Assembly (NCBI GenBank): GCA_029856125.1
Contig: JAHQWJ010000014.1
Span: forward strand, 32,001-96,000
Direction of reading: 5' to 3'
Source of the DNA: Promethearchaeia archaeon
Lineage (GTDB): Archaea; Asgardarchaeota; Lokiarchaeia; Sigyniarchaeales; SOKP01
Length of the DNA stretch: 64,000 bases
The notes under the pieces are model-generated. The model worked only from the letters and a program-made list of their open reading frames with translations, searched no databases and was not told the DNA's origin. This document shows, piece after piece, positions 28,783 to 37,938 of this stretch (positions are counted from its first letter, which is position 1; each line of letters starts with the position of its first letter). The translations under genes were made by a program, and so were the position numbers.

Positions 28783-29604
28783 TTAATTATAAATTATTTT
28801 AGTCAGTTCACTTTCTTGTCCTTTAAGATAATTTTTGAGGACACCCTTCTTCTTCATCGAGAGAATAACTACTTCAAGTCCTTCTTGTATTTTATCCTTA
28901 ATAGAAGCCAGTGAAAGCAATTTACCTCGCATTTTGCCAGAGGCATCATCATTAGCTGTTTCGTTCGATTTGTGAACCAATTGCTCAATCTCATTGATAT
29001 TTATCTCTCTAAGCATTTGTGCATGTGCTTCTAATTTTGGGTCTTTATCGAATACACCAGGCACATCTGTTGCAAATATCAGTTGTTTAGCGTCTACTAC
29101 GCGCGAAAGAACTACAGCCAATTGATCTCCGCCACAAACGCTAAACCCCATACTAGAGTCGTACATCATGTCTCCTCCTATCAGGGGGACCATCCCCAAA
29201 GATAAAAAGCCTTTTAAAGAGTTAAATGCGTAATCAGTTATTACCATCTTACTGCCCACAACCATCGAAGAGGCGTGCATTAAGTTAATAGGAATTCTTT
29301 CTTCCAGAAATGTAGTAGCAATTGTTTTTCGAAACCCATTCACGATTTGTTGCGTTTTTGACATAGAAATTAATTGATCTTTGTTTCTAAATCCCTTATG
29401 AAGGTTGTATTTTAGCACGGGTGGATGACCGAAAGAACCTACCCCGTGGACAATCACAAGATTTTTGATTAATCCTAAATCAATACATTCTTTTATTTCT
29501 ACTGCGACCGCTTTTATAACTTCCTCTCTAAGTTTATATGGCGTTGATTTGTTCGTAAGCAATGAACCGCCAAGCTTTAAAACAATTGGATCTTCTACTG
29601 TCAT
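28783..29604 (-). CDS. ipk: Isopentenyl phosphate kinase
   Basis: KLGGSLLT.K, VHGVGSFGH signature, GD, TDV.GV, D.SG.M.GK. Confidence 0.88.
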   Translation of the reverse strand: MTVEDPIVLKLGGSLLTNKSTPYKLREEVIKAVAVEIKECIDLGLIKNLVIVHGVGSFGHPPVLKYNLHKGFRNKDQLISMSKTQQIVNGFRKTIATTFLEERIPINLMHASSMVVGSKMVITDYAFNSLKGFLSLGMVPLIGGDMMYDSSMGFSVCGGDQLAVVLSRVVDAKQLIFATDVPGVFDKDPKLEAHAQMLREININEIEQLVHKSNETANDDASGKMRGKLLSLASIKDKIQEGLEVVILSMKKKGVLKNYLKGQESELTKIIYN

Positions 29605-29624
29605 TTGTACTCCTAGATATTATA

Positions 29625-30425
29625 TTAGAAACTAAAAGAATAAGGCCAAAAGGTTGGAAATGCGAATTCAAGTATCAAGATAACGATTACAACCGCCAGA
29701 AAAATTGTGAAATTATCAGTGCCCTTAGGTGATACCGCTTCTACTATCGTAGCAACTATACTAACAACTATTATCGGTAAAATTAGTATGAGTATATCAA
29801 ACTGTGGAACTTCTAAAGAAAAAATCAACACGAGAATAGAGCTTACTAATATCGATCCAACTAGCATACCTATACTTCCTACTATAGTTTTCTCGCTCCC
29901 TTTGAGTCCAATCTTTTTTTTACCAAATTTACGCCCTATTATATCTGCTAACCCATCTCCACCGGAAATACATCCAATTATAAGTAGAGCGGTAGGATTT
30001 GCGTTACTTATCCCGGTAGATGGTACGTAAAACCAAAACCAAGTCATTAATACCATAACAATCGCATAGTAGAGCGTTCCTTGAAGAAGTTCCCGAGGGT
30101 CTCCCGATCTCGACATAGATGCCACAAAACTTTCGTTCTTTATAACACCCATACCGATAGTAATGAATTGTAATACGAATAACAATGGTACTATTACAGC
30201 TACATAATGACTAACGATCTCACCTGAGAAGAGCATCCACGTAACTACGAACACGGGGCCCGCAAAAATATGCACAAATTTTCTCGTAATAATTTGCGAA
30301 ACTTTTCCCTTTTTCTGCATATATGCGTTAATCTGAACTAAAGCCAATAGTATTACTATGGATATAACAGTCGCAATTAAATCCCAAACAAAAACTAAAT
30401 TACTTCCTAACGGATTAAATACCAT
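29625..30425 (-). CDS. CTP-dependent prenyl-alcohol (phytol/farnesol/dolichol) kinase
   Basis: RKFVHI, SMSRSGDPRELLQGTLYY, GDGLADIIG, KT..GS, DN. Confidence 0.85.
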   Translation of the reverse strand: MVFNPLGSNLVFVWDLIATVISIVILLALVQINAYMQKKGKVSQIITRKFVHIFAGPVFVVTWMLFSGEIVSHYVAVIVPLLFVLQFITIGMGVIKNESFVASMSRSGDPRELLQGTLYYAIVMVLMTWFWFYVPSTGISNANPTALLIIGCISGGDGLADIIGRKFGKKKIGLKGSEKTIVGSIGMLVGSILVSSILVLIFSLEVPQFDILILILPIIVVSIVATIVEAVSPKGTDNFTIFLAVVIVILILEFAFPTFWPYSFSF

Positions 30426-30580
30426 AATTTATCACTATTCACATTATATTATTATTTTATAATAGAATTAACTCCTAAAAATCTTAGAAGATATAAAATT
30501 CATTTGGTTTGCGTTCAAATAAAAAATATAAAAAAAAATATATAAAAAAAAATTGAATTTAGCTTCTTGAAATTTCTGGA

Positions 30581-30880
30581 TTACATATTGATAATGGAAT
30601 CGTTCTCAAAAATTAAGTCAATTACCTCATCAGAAGCAACCAGCCTGATTTTATCAGAAATAAACTTATTGAGTCCCCGAATATCTATGTGTTCTTTACA
30701 CGCAAAAACAGTTTTCTTTTGATTAAGCGCTTGTGAAACCGCTTTATTAGATTTATTTGCAAAATAGACCGCGTTTTGAAGTAAAAGGATTGTAACGTCG
30801 TCGTCATCTGTGTGTTCCATTGCAAGCTCTACGCCTGTAATATCTTCACTCGTTATAAAATATAATACTTTTTTTCCCAT
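30581..30880 (-). CDS. DsrH/TusB family protein
   Basis: LLLQNAVY, IRGL; last gene of a DsrE/F/H trio. Confidence 0.8.
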   Translation of the reverse strand: MGKKVLYFITSEDITGVELAMEHTDDDDVTILLLQNAVYFANKSNKAVSQALNQKKTVFACKEHIDIRGLNKFISDKIRLVASDEVIDLIFENDSIINM

Positions 30881-30895
30881 TTTTTTTCAATCCTC

Positions 30896-31240
30896 CTAGA
30901 ATGGTATGGTTACGGTTGAATCCGCAATCATTTTTAATATTTCTCCATGCTCTTTTACTTGAACTTTATCGATGAGATCGTCTTTAGTTAAGCCGCGCTC
31001 ATCAAGCGATTTCTTGTCAACAAATATATCTAAATCAATGTTTGTAATAAATTCTATGTGCATAGCGTACATTGTTTTATCGACATCCTTTGTAAAGGTG
31101 TAAACAGCGTCGTTAATCGCAATTGTAATCGGATCGAAATCAGCACTAACAGCAACCGTCATTCTTAATCCTTCAACGGGATATAGAGTTCCGTGAGGAG
31201 GCTGCCGTAAAAGTATAACTACATTTTTTTCTTCTGCCAT
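30896..31240 (-). CDS. DsrF/TusC family protein
   Basis: PPHGT...EGLR, DAVY, SLDERGL, C-terminal IPF. Confidence 0.82.
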   Translation of the reverse strand: MAEEKNVVILLRQPPHGTLYPVEGLRMTVAVSADFDPITIAINDAVYTFTKDVDKTMYAMHIEFITNIDLDIFVDKKSLDERGLTKDDLIDKVQVKEHGEILKMIADSTVTIPF

Positions 31241-31251
31241 TTTTTATCACC

Positions 31252-31614
31252 TTAACAAATTACTACAAGTTTATCGGTTTCTTCTATTATTTTAGCAAGA
31301 TCGGGAGTTCCTGCCCGTTTCACATCGCCGCACTCCTTTTTTAAACAATTTTTCATAGTTCCTCTAACTAAGAGACAAAGATTACACAATCTTATCGTAG
31401 CTCCCTTATTTAGAATTTCTCTGAAACCCTCTTCAATATTGAAAATTCCTTCAATTTTTTTCTGATTCTCTAAGAGCGCATTTACGGCATCCATATAACA
31501 AAAGATACGAACTTCGTGTCCTTTGTCTAAGGCAGCATCAGCTAGTTTCACTACTGTTTCAGAGGCTTGTGTTTGATAGGGTCCATCAAAAAAAAGAATT
31601 CCTAATCGAGCCAT
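31252..31614 (-). CDS. DsrE/TusD family protein
   Basis: GPY, AAL.KGH.V.IF.Y.DAV, CNLCLLVRG. Confidence 0.85.
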   Translation of the reverse strand: MARLGILFFDGPYQTQASETVVKLADAALDKGHEVRIFCYMDAVNALLENQKKIEGIFNIEEGFREILNKGATIRLCNLCLLVRGTMKNCLKKECGDVKRAGTPDLAKIIEETDKLVVIC

Positions 31615-31636
31615 TTTATTTTGTCAACTCCATCTC

Positions 31637-32680
31637 TTAATCTGATTTTCTCATGAAGAGAAGATAAGCCATTATCCAGGATCCAAACATAATGCAAGCG
31701 CCAGTTATAATGCTGTGTAGTGAAAGTTGTGGAACGCCGCCTAAGATGTTCGTAATATTACATCCCATTGCTGTTACTGCGCCAAATCCCATTAAAATTC
31801 CGCCAAAGAATTGCTTCAATAATGTAAAAGCGTCTTTTGGAACTCTTAATTTAAATTCACCACTAATAACAGCAGCAATAAGCGATCCGAGGATAGCACC
31901 AACGATTATAAAGCCTGGCCACGCCATAGGATCGTTTAAAGTAAGCCATTTGCTTATATCCATCCAGCCGCCAGTAATACCTAGTACTCCCCCACCGGCA
32001 ACATATCCGATGATTCCAACTATTCCAATAACGATTCCAGTAACCCACCAAGGATATCCTTTTTTAAAGATGGATTCAAAAGCGTTATCAAATTTGACTA
32101 AGGCTCCCTTATCAGCTTCCTTTCTCTTTTTAAGCGCTGGCCATGCCCAGAAATAGAACATTAATGCCATACCGACTAAACCTAGAATAAGCATAAAAAT
32201 CGGTGTGAGTTCTCCAGCTGCTCCGAAAAGTGTAAGAGGTGTAGCTTGTGCAATTGGTGTAGCCATTTGTAAAGCATTTTTTAAATCAGTTAAAACACCA
32301 CCTGCTGTCATTAAAGCTCCTGTAGTCAACCCAAAGGCTGCTACAACAGATCCCATCATACCTTCTCCAACTCGGTAAGTAGTTCCACTCGCACATCCGG
32401 CTGCAAGAACCATTCCAATACCGAATACTAGACCGCCAACAATTGCCCCCCATATTTTTAAGGGTTTTGGAGTGAGATTTATTATTCCACTCAAAGCAAA
32501 AATAGCGAATCCTACCATCAAAACTGCCAATGCAACAACGACTGCTTTTGCCAACTTAAACTCTTTTAAGAGTATAATGTCTCTAAAAGCAGAGTTCATG
32601 CAAAATCTTCCGCGTTGCAAGACGAAGCCAAAAAGAGCCCCGACTATAAGTCCAACAATTAATGCATACATAAATTCCAT
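31637..32680 (-). CDS. YeeE/YedE (thiosulfate transporter family) membrane protein
   Basis: LQRGRFC, FGIGMVLAAGCASG, GGILMGFG...MGCN. Confidence 0.92.
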   Translation of the reverse strand: MEFMYALIVGLIVGALFGFVLQRGRFCMNSAFRDIILLKEFKLAKAVVVALAVLMVGFAIFALSGIINLTPKPLKIWGAIVGGLVFGIGMVLAAGCASGTTYRVGEGMMGSVVAAFGLTTGALMTAGGVLTDLKNALQMATPIAQATPLTLFGAAGELTPIFMLILGLVGMALMFYFWAWPALKKRKEADKGALVKFDNAFESIFKKGYPWWVTGIVIGIVGIIGYVAGGGVLGITGGWMDISKWLTLNDPMAWPGFIIVGAILGSLIAAVISGEFKLRVPKDAFTLLKQFFGGILMGFGAVTAMGCNITNILGGVPQLSLHSIITGACIMFGSWIMAYLLFMRKSD

Positions 32681-32695
32681 ATTTGTTTTTTCACC

Positions 32696-32929
32696 TTATT
32701 TTATTTTTATCAGGATTTTCCATGCAGATTTCCCAGTCTTTTCCGACGAGATAACTTCATGACCTAGAGATTCCATAGTTTCAGGAATCCTCTCAGCAGA
32801 GAGAGGATAATCAACTATAATCTCTAAAATTTCTCCTGACTTCATTTTCTTAACTTTTCTTTTACTTTTTACGTCTGGATATGGGCATACTTCGCCCGAA
32901 CAATCCAATGTTTCAGTTATGTCAACCAT
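32696..32929 (-). CDS. tusA: TusA/SirA family sulfur carrier
   Basis: LDCSGEVCPYP motif, 77 aa. Confidence 0.9.
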   Translation of the reverse strand: MVDITETLDCSGEVCPYPDVKSKRKVKKMKSGEILEIIVDYPLSAERIPETMESLGHEVISSEKTGKSAWKILIKIK

Positions 32930-33024
32930 TTTTTATAAACCAAGTTGTTTTATATTATTTTTTTGAATATCTATTCAATTAAAATAGATAAGTGTTAGTA
33001 CATTCAAATACATTTAAAATTTAT

Positions 33025-33155
33025 TAATAATCATTCAAATGAAACATTAAATTTACGAAAAACGGTTCCCTTTCCGTCGAATTTGATAATAATCATCATT
33101 CAAAAAAACCATCACATTTACGAAAAACTATTTCTCTTCAGTTAGTTTTAATAGT
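33025..33155. repeat. Degenerate ~65-bp tandem duplication in the divergent tusA/mvhG promoter region
   Basis: ATTTACGAAAAAC occurs exactly at 33051-63 and 33116-28, each preceded by TAATAATCAT..CAAA. Confidence 0.6.
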
Positions 33156-33412
33156 TTAACAATTTTGTTCAAGCAAATGTCAAAATTTAAATTGAAATCC
33201 AGAAGATTAAGAATAATTATTCAAAAAATATTAACCCAAACAAGGAGAGTTTTGTTATCATACATTTTTTTAACTACTGTAATTTGAAACTTTATCGCAA
33301 CATCTATTTGCAAAAGGAGAAGTTTTTTATTAAATTATGATTAAATTAACACAACTAATTGTAATAATCAAATTAGCTAATTTTAAAAATCAAATAAAAA
33401 AAACAAAAATAG

Positions 33413-34738
33413 ATGATTAAAATGGCAGTAAAAGTAGCTTTTATGCAGAGTAGTGATTGCTGGGGATGTCATCAATCCTTATTGAACGCACATTTAGGAT
33501 TGTTGCCAGTTCTTCCAGCGCTCGAATTTGTGTATTGGCCAGCAGTTGTAGATTTCAAACTTGATTCACTAAAAGCGCGACCAGACGGTGATATTCTAGT
33601 AGGCTTCGTAGAAGGAAGTATGAGAACAAAAGCAGATGTAGAAAACGCCAAACTCATGAGGGCTAAGTGCCAACTCATAATAGCTTTTGGTAGTTGTTCT
33701 TGCTACGGCAATGTTCACGGATTAGCTAATGAGTGGGATATTGAAGAAGCTATCAAACGAAAGTATACGCAAGTAGAGTCGATTACTAACGAATCTCCGC
33801 ACGAACCAAAAGAACATATGCCGGGATTTACAGGAAAAATCGTTCCATTGGACGAAGTCATAAGCGTTGACGTATTTATGGCAGGTTGTCCTCCGAAACC
33901 AGAAGCTATCATAAGCGCAGTTCAATTTTTGCTTGGTCAAAAGCCACAGCCAATGGCAGATTTGTCTTTTTGTAACGATTGTTCGTTAAATAACGAAAAT
34001 TGTTTACTTGAAAAATACGAATTATGTTTTGGTCCCATTACTAGTATTGGTTGTACTTTAAAATGTACTGATAATGGAAGCCCATGCGTCGGCTGTCTCG
34101 GACCAGCAAAAACGGTCTCAGCAAGAGCAGAAAAATTGAAAACAATGACACAAAATATGCATCAGCTTAGCTCCGGCGACAAGAAGAATTTACACGAGTT
34201 CTTAACCTTGTTTTTAAATGTACCGTTAATGTCAGGATTTGATTTAGCGGGGGATATCTTAAAACAAGTAAGAAAAACGGGTGAGGCTCAAACCGCTTTA
34301 GCTAACGTACCTGTTGACACGGGAGATATATATGCAAACATCCTGAAATATCTAAAGAACAATAGAGAGTTCATAAGTATTTCAAATGTGTGCGACCAGT
34401 GCGACCTTGAGATCGGAAGTAAATCTCGAATGACGAAAGTTAAACGCGATTACGAAGGACTTCCAAATTCAACCGATTGTTTAATAGAACAAGGTTACCT
34501 ATGTGCAGGTCCGATAACAAGAGCAGGATGTGGTGGTTTGTGTATGAAAGTAAACACACCTTGTTCAGGTTGCTTTGGTCAAACAGCTTGGAATGTTGAT
34601 CAAGCTGAACGCTTTGCTGATGTAGTAACGAAGGGCTTCAATGTGGCTTTATCAAAAGAAGAATTGCTTGCGCAAGTTAAGGATAAGCTCGGCTTCATGG
34701 AAAAGTTTACATTAGCTACAAACAAAAATTATAGGTAG
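33413..34738 (+). CDS. mvhG: F420-non-reducing [NiFe] hydrogenase small subunit (MvhG/VhuG-like), extended
   Basis: CWGC, VEGS, GSCSCYG, GCPP and two copies of the distal/medial cluster module. Confidence 0.88.
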   Translation: MIKMAVKVAFMQSSDCWGCHQSLLNAHLGLLPVLPALEFVYWPAVVDFKLDSLKARPDGDILVGFVEGSMRTKADVENAKLMRAKCQLIIAFGSCSCYGNVHGLANEWDIEEAIKRKYTQVESITNESPHEPKEHMPGFTGKIVPLDEVISVDVFMAGCPPKPEAIISAVQFLLGQKPQPMADLSFCNDCSLNNENCLLEKYELCFGPITSIGCTLKCTDNGSPCVGCLGPAKTVSARAEKLKTMTQNMHQLSSGDKKNLHEFLTLFLNVPLMSGFDLAGDILKQVRKTGEAQTALANVPVDTGDIYANILKYLKNNREFISISNVCDQCDLEIGSKSRMTKVKRDYEGLPNSTDCLIEQGYLCAGPITRAGCGGLCMKVNTPCSGCFGQTAWNVDQAERFADVVTKGFNVALSKEELLAQVKDKLGFMEKFTLATNKNYR

Positions 34739-34749
34739 GTGAAAAAAAG

Positions 34750-36054
34750 ATGGTAAAAGAAATAACAGTAGAACCAGTCACTCGATTAGAGGGACATGGT
34801 GGATTAAGAATTGTCATTGGAGATGACGGTAAGGTAAAAGATGCTCAGTTTAACATAACTTCGACACGATTTTTCGAGAAATTTCTTGAAGGACGTTATT
34901 GCGAACACATACCTAGAATCACGCCTAGAATTTGCGGAATTTGTCCAATCCCACATCATTTAACTCCCACAAAAGCTGTAGAAGACGCTTGGGGCGTTTC
35001 TATTCCAGAACCAGCTCGAAAATTGCGAATTTTGTTACAGAACGCGAAACAATATTCTAGTCATACGTTACATTTCTACGCACTCGCAGCACCTGATTTC
35101 TTATTAGGTCCGTTTGCGGATCCTGCGTTAAGGAATGTCGTTCATGTAATTAACAAAATGCCAGATGTTGGAGCAATGGCTTTGAAAATGATGGATTTCG
35201 GTCAAAAACTCTGTGCGGAGATTGGAGGAAAATCTGTTCATCCTGTTTCTGCGATAGTTGGAGGCATGAAAAAGCCAATGAGCGAAGCTGCTCGGGATAA
35301 GTTTTTGAAAATGATTCCTGAACAAGTCGAATTTGCAAAGAAGACTGTTGAGATCGGATTAAAAGTCGTCACCGATTATTGGGATGTCGTTGCTAATGTA
35401 GGTGTTGTTCCTACTTATTACTTAGGCATGACCAATAAAGGTGTCCATGATATTTACGAAGGAGATATTCGAATTGTTACACCTGATGGAAAGAAGATTG
35501 ATTACGATGTTCATAACTACTTAGACGCACTTGGTGAACATATTCCAGAGCATTCTTATGCGACACACATGTATTACAAGCCTGCAGGATATCCTGAGGG
35601 TATTTATCGTTCTAACACGTTAGCAATGATAAATTGTGCCGATAAAATGGCAACTCCTTTGGCAGATGGCGCACTTAAAGACATGAGAGATAAACTTGGA
35701 CCAATTTCCCATCACACCTTTGCTTATCACTGGGCTCGATTAATTGAATTAGTTGAGTCGATTGAGATGGTTGCGACACTATTACAGGATCCTGACATTG
35801 TAAATCCTGATTGTAAAACATTAGATGTCCAACCAAGAGAAGGAGAGGGTATAGGTATGACCGAAGCCCCGCGGGGCAATTTATTGTACCACATTTGGTC
35901 TGATGCTGATGGTATATGTAAGAAAGCAAATCTCTTAGTAGCGACAAATCATAACATTGCTGGAATTGAGAAAACACTTATGCACGTAGCAAAGCAGGTG
36001 TTTGAAGATAAGGCGTTAGAAGGATTAAAATTACCAGACCCTTGGATTGATTAA
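34750..36054 (+). CDS. mvhA: [NiFe(Se)] hydrogenase large subunit lacking the C-terminal L2 motif (VhuA-type)
   Basis: TRLEGHG, RFFEKFLEGR, RICGIC, EAPRG; ends DPWID with no DPCxxC. Confidence 0.92.
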   Translation: MVKEITVEPVTRLEGHGGLRIVIGDDGKVKDAQFNITSTRFFEKFLEGRYCEHIPRITPRICGICPIPHHLTPTKAVEDAWGVSIPEPARKLRILLQNAKQYSSHTLHFYALAAPDFLLGPFADPALRNVVHVINKMPDVGAMALKMMDFGQKLCAEIGGKSVHPVSAIVGGMKKPMSEAARDKFLKMIPEQVEFAKKTVEIGLKVVTDYWDVVANVGVVPTYYLGMTNKGVHDIYEGDIRIVTPDGKKIDYDVHNYLDALGEHIPEHSYATHMYYKPAGYPEGIYRSNTLAMINCADKMATPLADGALKDMRDKLGPISHHTFAYHWARLIELVESIEMVATLLQDPDIVNPDCKTLDVQPREGEGIGMTEAPRGNLLYHIWSDADGICKKANLLVATNHNIAGIEKTLMHVAKQVFEDKALEGLKLPDPWID

Positions 36055-36080
36055 AAAAAAGAGGAAACCGTGATTAAAAA

Positions 36081-36233
36081 ATGAGCGAAGAAATACCGGA
36101 AGGAGTAGTAAACCTTTTAGAAATGATTGTGCGTTGCTTCGATTGTTGACTATCGTGCGCAGCCCACATAACCGTTGTTAAAGAAAACGGTGAAGAGGTT
36201 TACTCTCGCAAGTTGAACGTTGGCTTAGGATGA
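36081..36233 (+). CDS. vhuU: VhuU-like selenopeptide subunit (50 aa, Sec at TGA 36147-36149)
   Basis: MSEEIPEGVVNLLEMIVRCFDC-U-LSCAAHITVVKENGEEVYSRKLNVGLG*; supplies the L2 motif missing from the upstream subunit. Confidence 0.9.
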
Positions 36234-36290
36234 ATATCCAATAAAAACAATAGATTGGATATAACGCCCCCTGCCCGGGGTAAAAGCCAA
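36220..36290 (+). promoter_or_regulatory. Candidate SECIS / structured RNA at the 3' end of vhuU
   Basis: ATATCCAAT (36234-42)/ATTGGATAT (36254-62) stem with an A-rich loop; CCCC/GGGG hairpin; TTGGCTT/AAGCCAA closing helix. Confidence 0.55.
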
Positions 36291-36329
36291 TAAATATAAA
36301 ATAAATGGAAATGAAAAATTGGAAAAGAC

Positions 36330-36845
36330 GTGAAAAAAATGACAGTAGATTTTGAATTTCGAAAACAAGTTATGGATTATCATATCGGGTCTGATTTAAT
36401 TAAGTATTGTTATCAATGTAGTCGTTGTGCAGATAACTGTCCAATTACTAACGTAACGACAGACTTCTATACGACTACAGGATACAATCCAAGAAGCAAC
36501 ATTCTTAATGCTTTGTTAGGATATAAGGAAGCAATATTTTCATCTGATGCCTTGACCATTTGGGGTTGTACCGTTTGTGATACATGTGATGAGGTTTGTC
36601 CTCAGAATATCGAATTAACTGAGATTTTTACACTATTAAAAAATCAAAGTGTAGCAAACGGAGATGCGCCTGATTTTATCTACTCGCAAGCAAAAGCAAT
36701 TTTTGATAGTGCGAAAGCGATCCCATCTCAACCTGCTATAGAGCGTAGACGAGAACAATTGGGTCTACCCCCTGTTGCAATGCCGGACATTAGTGAACTC
36801 CAAACTTTATTAAAAAATATTGGAGTAGAAAAAAAGCTAAAATAA
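36330..36845 (+). CDS. hdrC: Heterodisulfide reductase subunit C
   Basis: CYQCSRCADNCP and WGCTVCDTCDEVCPQ; directly upstream of hdrB. Confidence 0.9.
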   Translation: MKKMTVDFEFRKQVMDYHIGSDLIKYCYQCSRCADNCPITNVTTDFYTTTGYNPRSNILNALLGYKEAIFSSDALTIWGCTVCDTCDEVCPQNIELTEIFTLLKNQSVANGDAPDFIYSQAKAIFDSAKAIPSQPAIERRREQLGLPPVAMPDISELQTLLKNIGVEKKLK

Positions 36846-36850
36846 GAGGA

Positions 36851-37735
36851 ATGATGAGAAAAATGACAGACTATAAAATGTTTGAAGGTTGTACTATCGG
36901 AAACCGTATTCCTTTCATTGAAGCGGCATCCAGAAAAGTTTTTGATAAAGTTGGAATTGAGACTTCACAAACGAACTTTACTTGTTGTCCAGATCCCACC
37001 GGCATGAAATCGTTTGATAACGACGCTTGGCTAGCCATTGGTGCGAGAAATCTATGTTTAGCGGAAGCTGAAGGAAAAGACATAATTTCTCTATGTAATG
37101 GTTGTACTAATACGCTTCGAGGAGTCCAACATCAATTAAAACACGATTCATGGAAAATGGATAAGGTCAATAAAGAGCTCGCTAAGATCGGAAAAGAATA
37201 CAAAGGCACAATAGATATTAAGCATTTCGTTGATGTGCTGAGCGATAAATTAGACAAAGTCAAAGAAGCAATAACTAAACCACTTGACGGTCTAAAAGTC
37301 GCAGTCCATCCTGGGTGTCACTATATGCGACCTGCAGAATGGATGGAATCCGACGATCCTATGAGGCCAACTACGCTAAAGAAACTCGTAGAAGCAAGTG
37401 GAGCGACAGTTGTTGATTACGGGGAGGAAATATTGTGCTGCGGAAGTGCTGTGACTAACGCTTACGAAGAACACGGGTTTGCAAACTTAAAGATTAAGAT
37501 GGACGCTATCAAAAAATCGGGCGCAGATGTGATTGCTGTAAATTGTCCAGCGTGTTATCAACAGTTCGATACGAGACAACGAGATTTAGGTAAGGCATAC
37601 GAGACCGAATACGCAACTCCCGTGTTATATATCACAGAGCTTTACGCATTAGCAATGGGCTTCACTCCAGACGACATCGGCTTAAAATTTCACAGAGTTC
37701 GATTGAAATCCACGTTAGAAAAACTTGGTTTATAA
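36851..37735 (+). CDS. hdrB: Heterodisulfide reductase subunit B
   Basis: GC..TCCP..CNGC and HPGCH..CCG..CPAC..QFD (two CCG domains). Confidence 0.93.
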   Translation: MMRKMTDYKMFEGCTIGNRIPFIEAASRKVFDKVGIETSQTNFTCCPDPTGMKSFDNDAWLAIGARNLCLAEAEGKDIISLCNGCTNTLRGVQHQLKHDSWKMDKVNKELAKIGKEYKGTIDIKHFVDVLSDKLDKVKEAITKPLDGLKVAVHPGCHYMRPAEWMESDDPMRPTTLKKLVEASGATVVDYGEEILCCGSAVTNAYEEHGFANLKIKMDAIKKSGADVIAVNCPACYQQFDTRQRDLGKAYETEYATPVLYITELYALAMGFTPDDIGLKFHRVRLKSTLEKLGL

Positions 37736-37938
37736 CTAATCAAATTTATAACTTTATTTTTTTATTTTTTTTCTCTTGAGTAGATTACATCAAAAATGAG
37801 AAAGATAAATACAAAAGAGAAAGTGATTGAAAATGAATGAAAAAGAAGAAATAGAATTTTTTAAAGAGGTATTTTATGAAGAGCTTATTTCCGAAATAAA
37901 CATGCGTTTAATTCTTAATGATTCTATTCTAAAATTGT

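Noticed and set aside
36234-36293. Read-through of the second vhuU TGA to TAA 36291-93
   Set aside because: The extra peptide is unremarkable and coincides with the hairpins, so the region is better explained as structured UTR.
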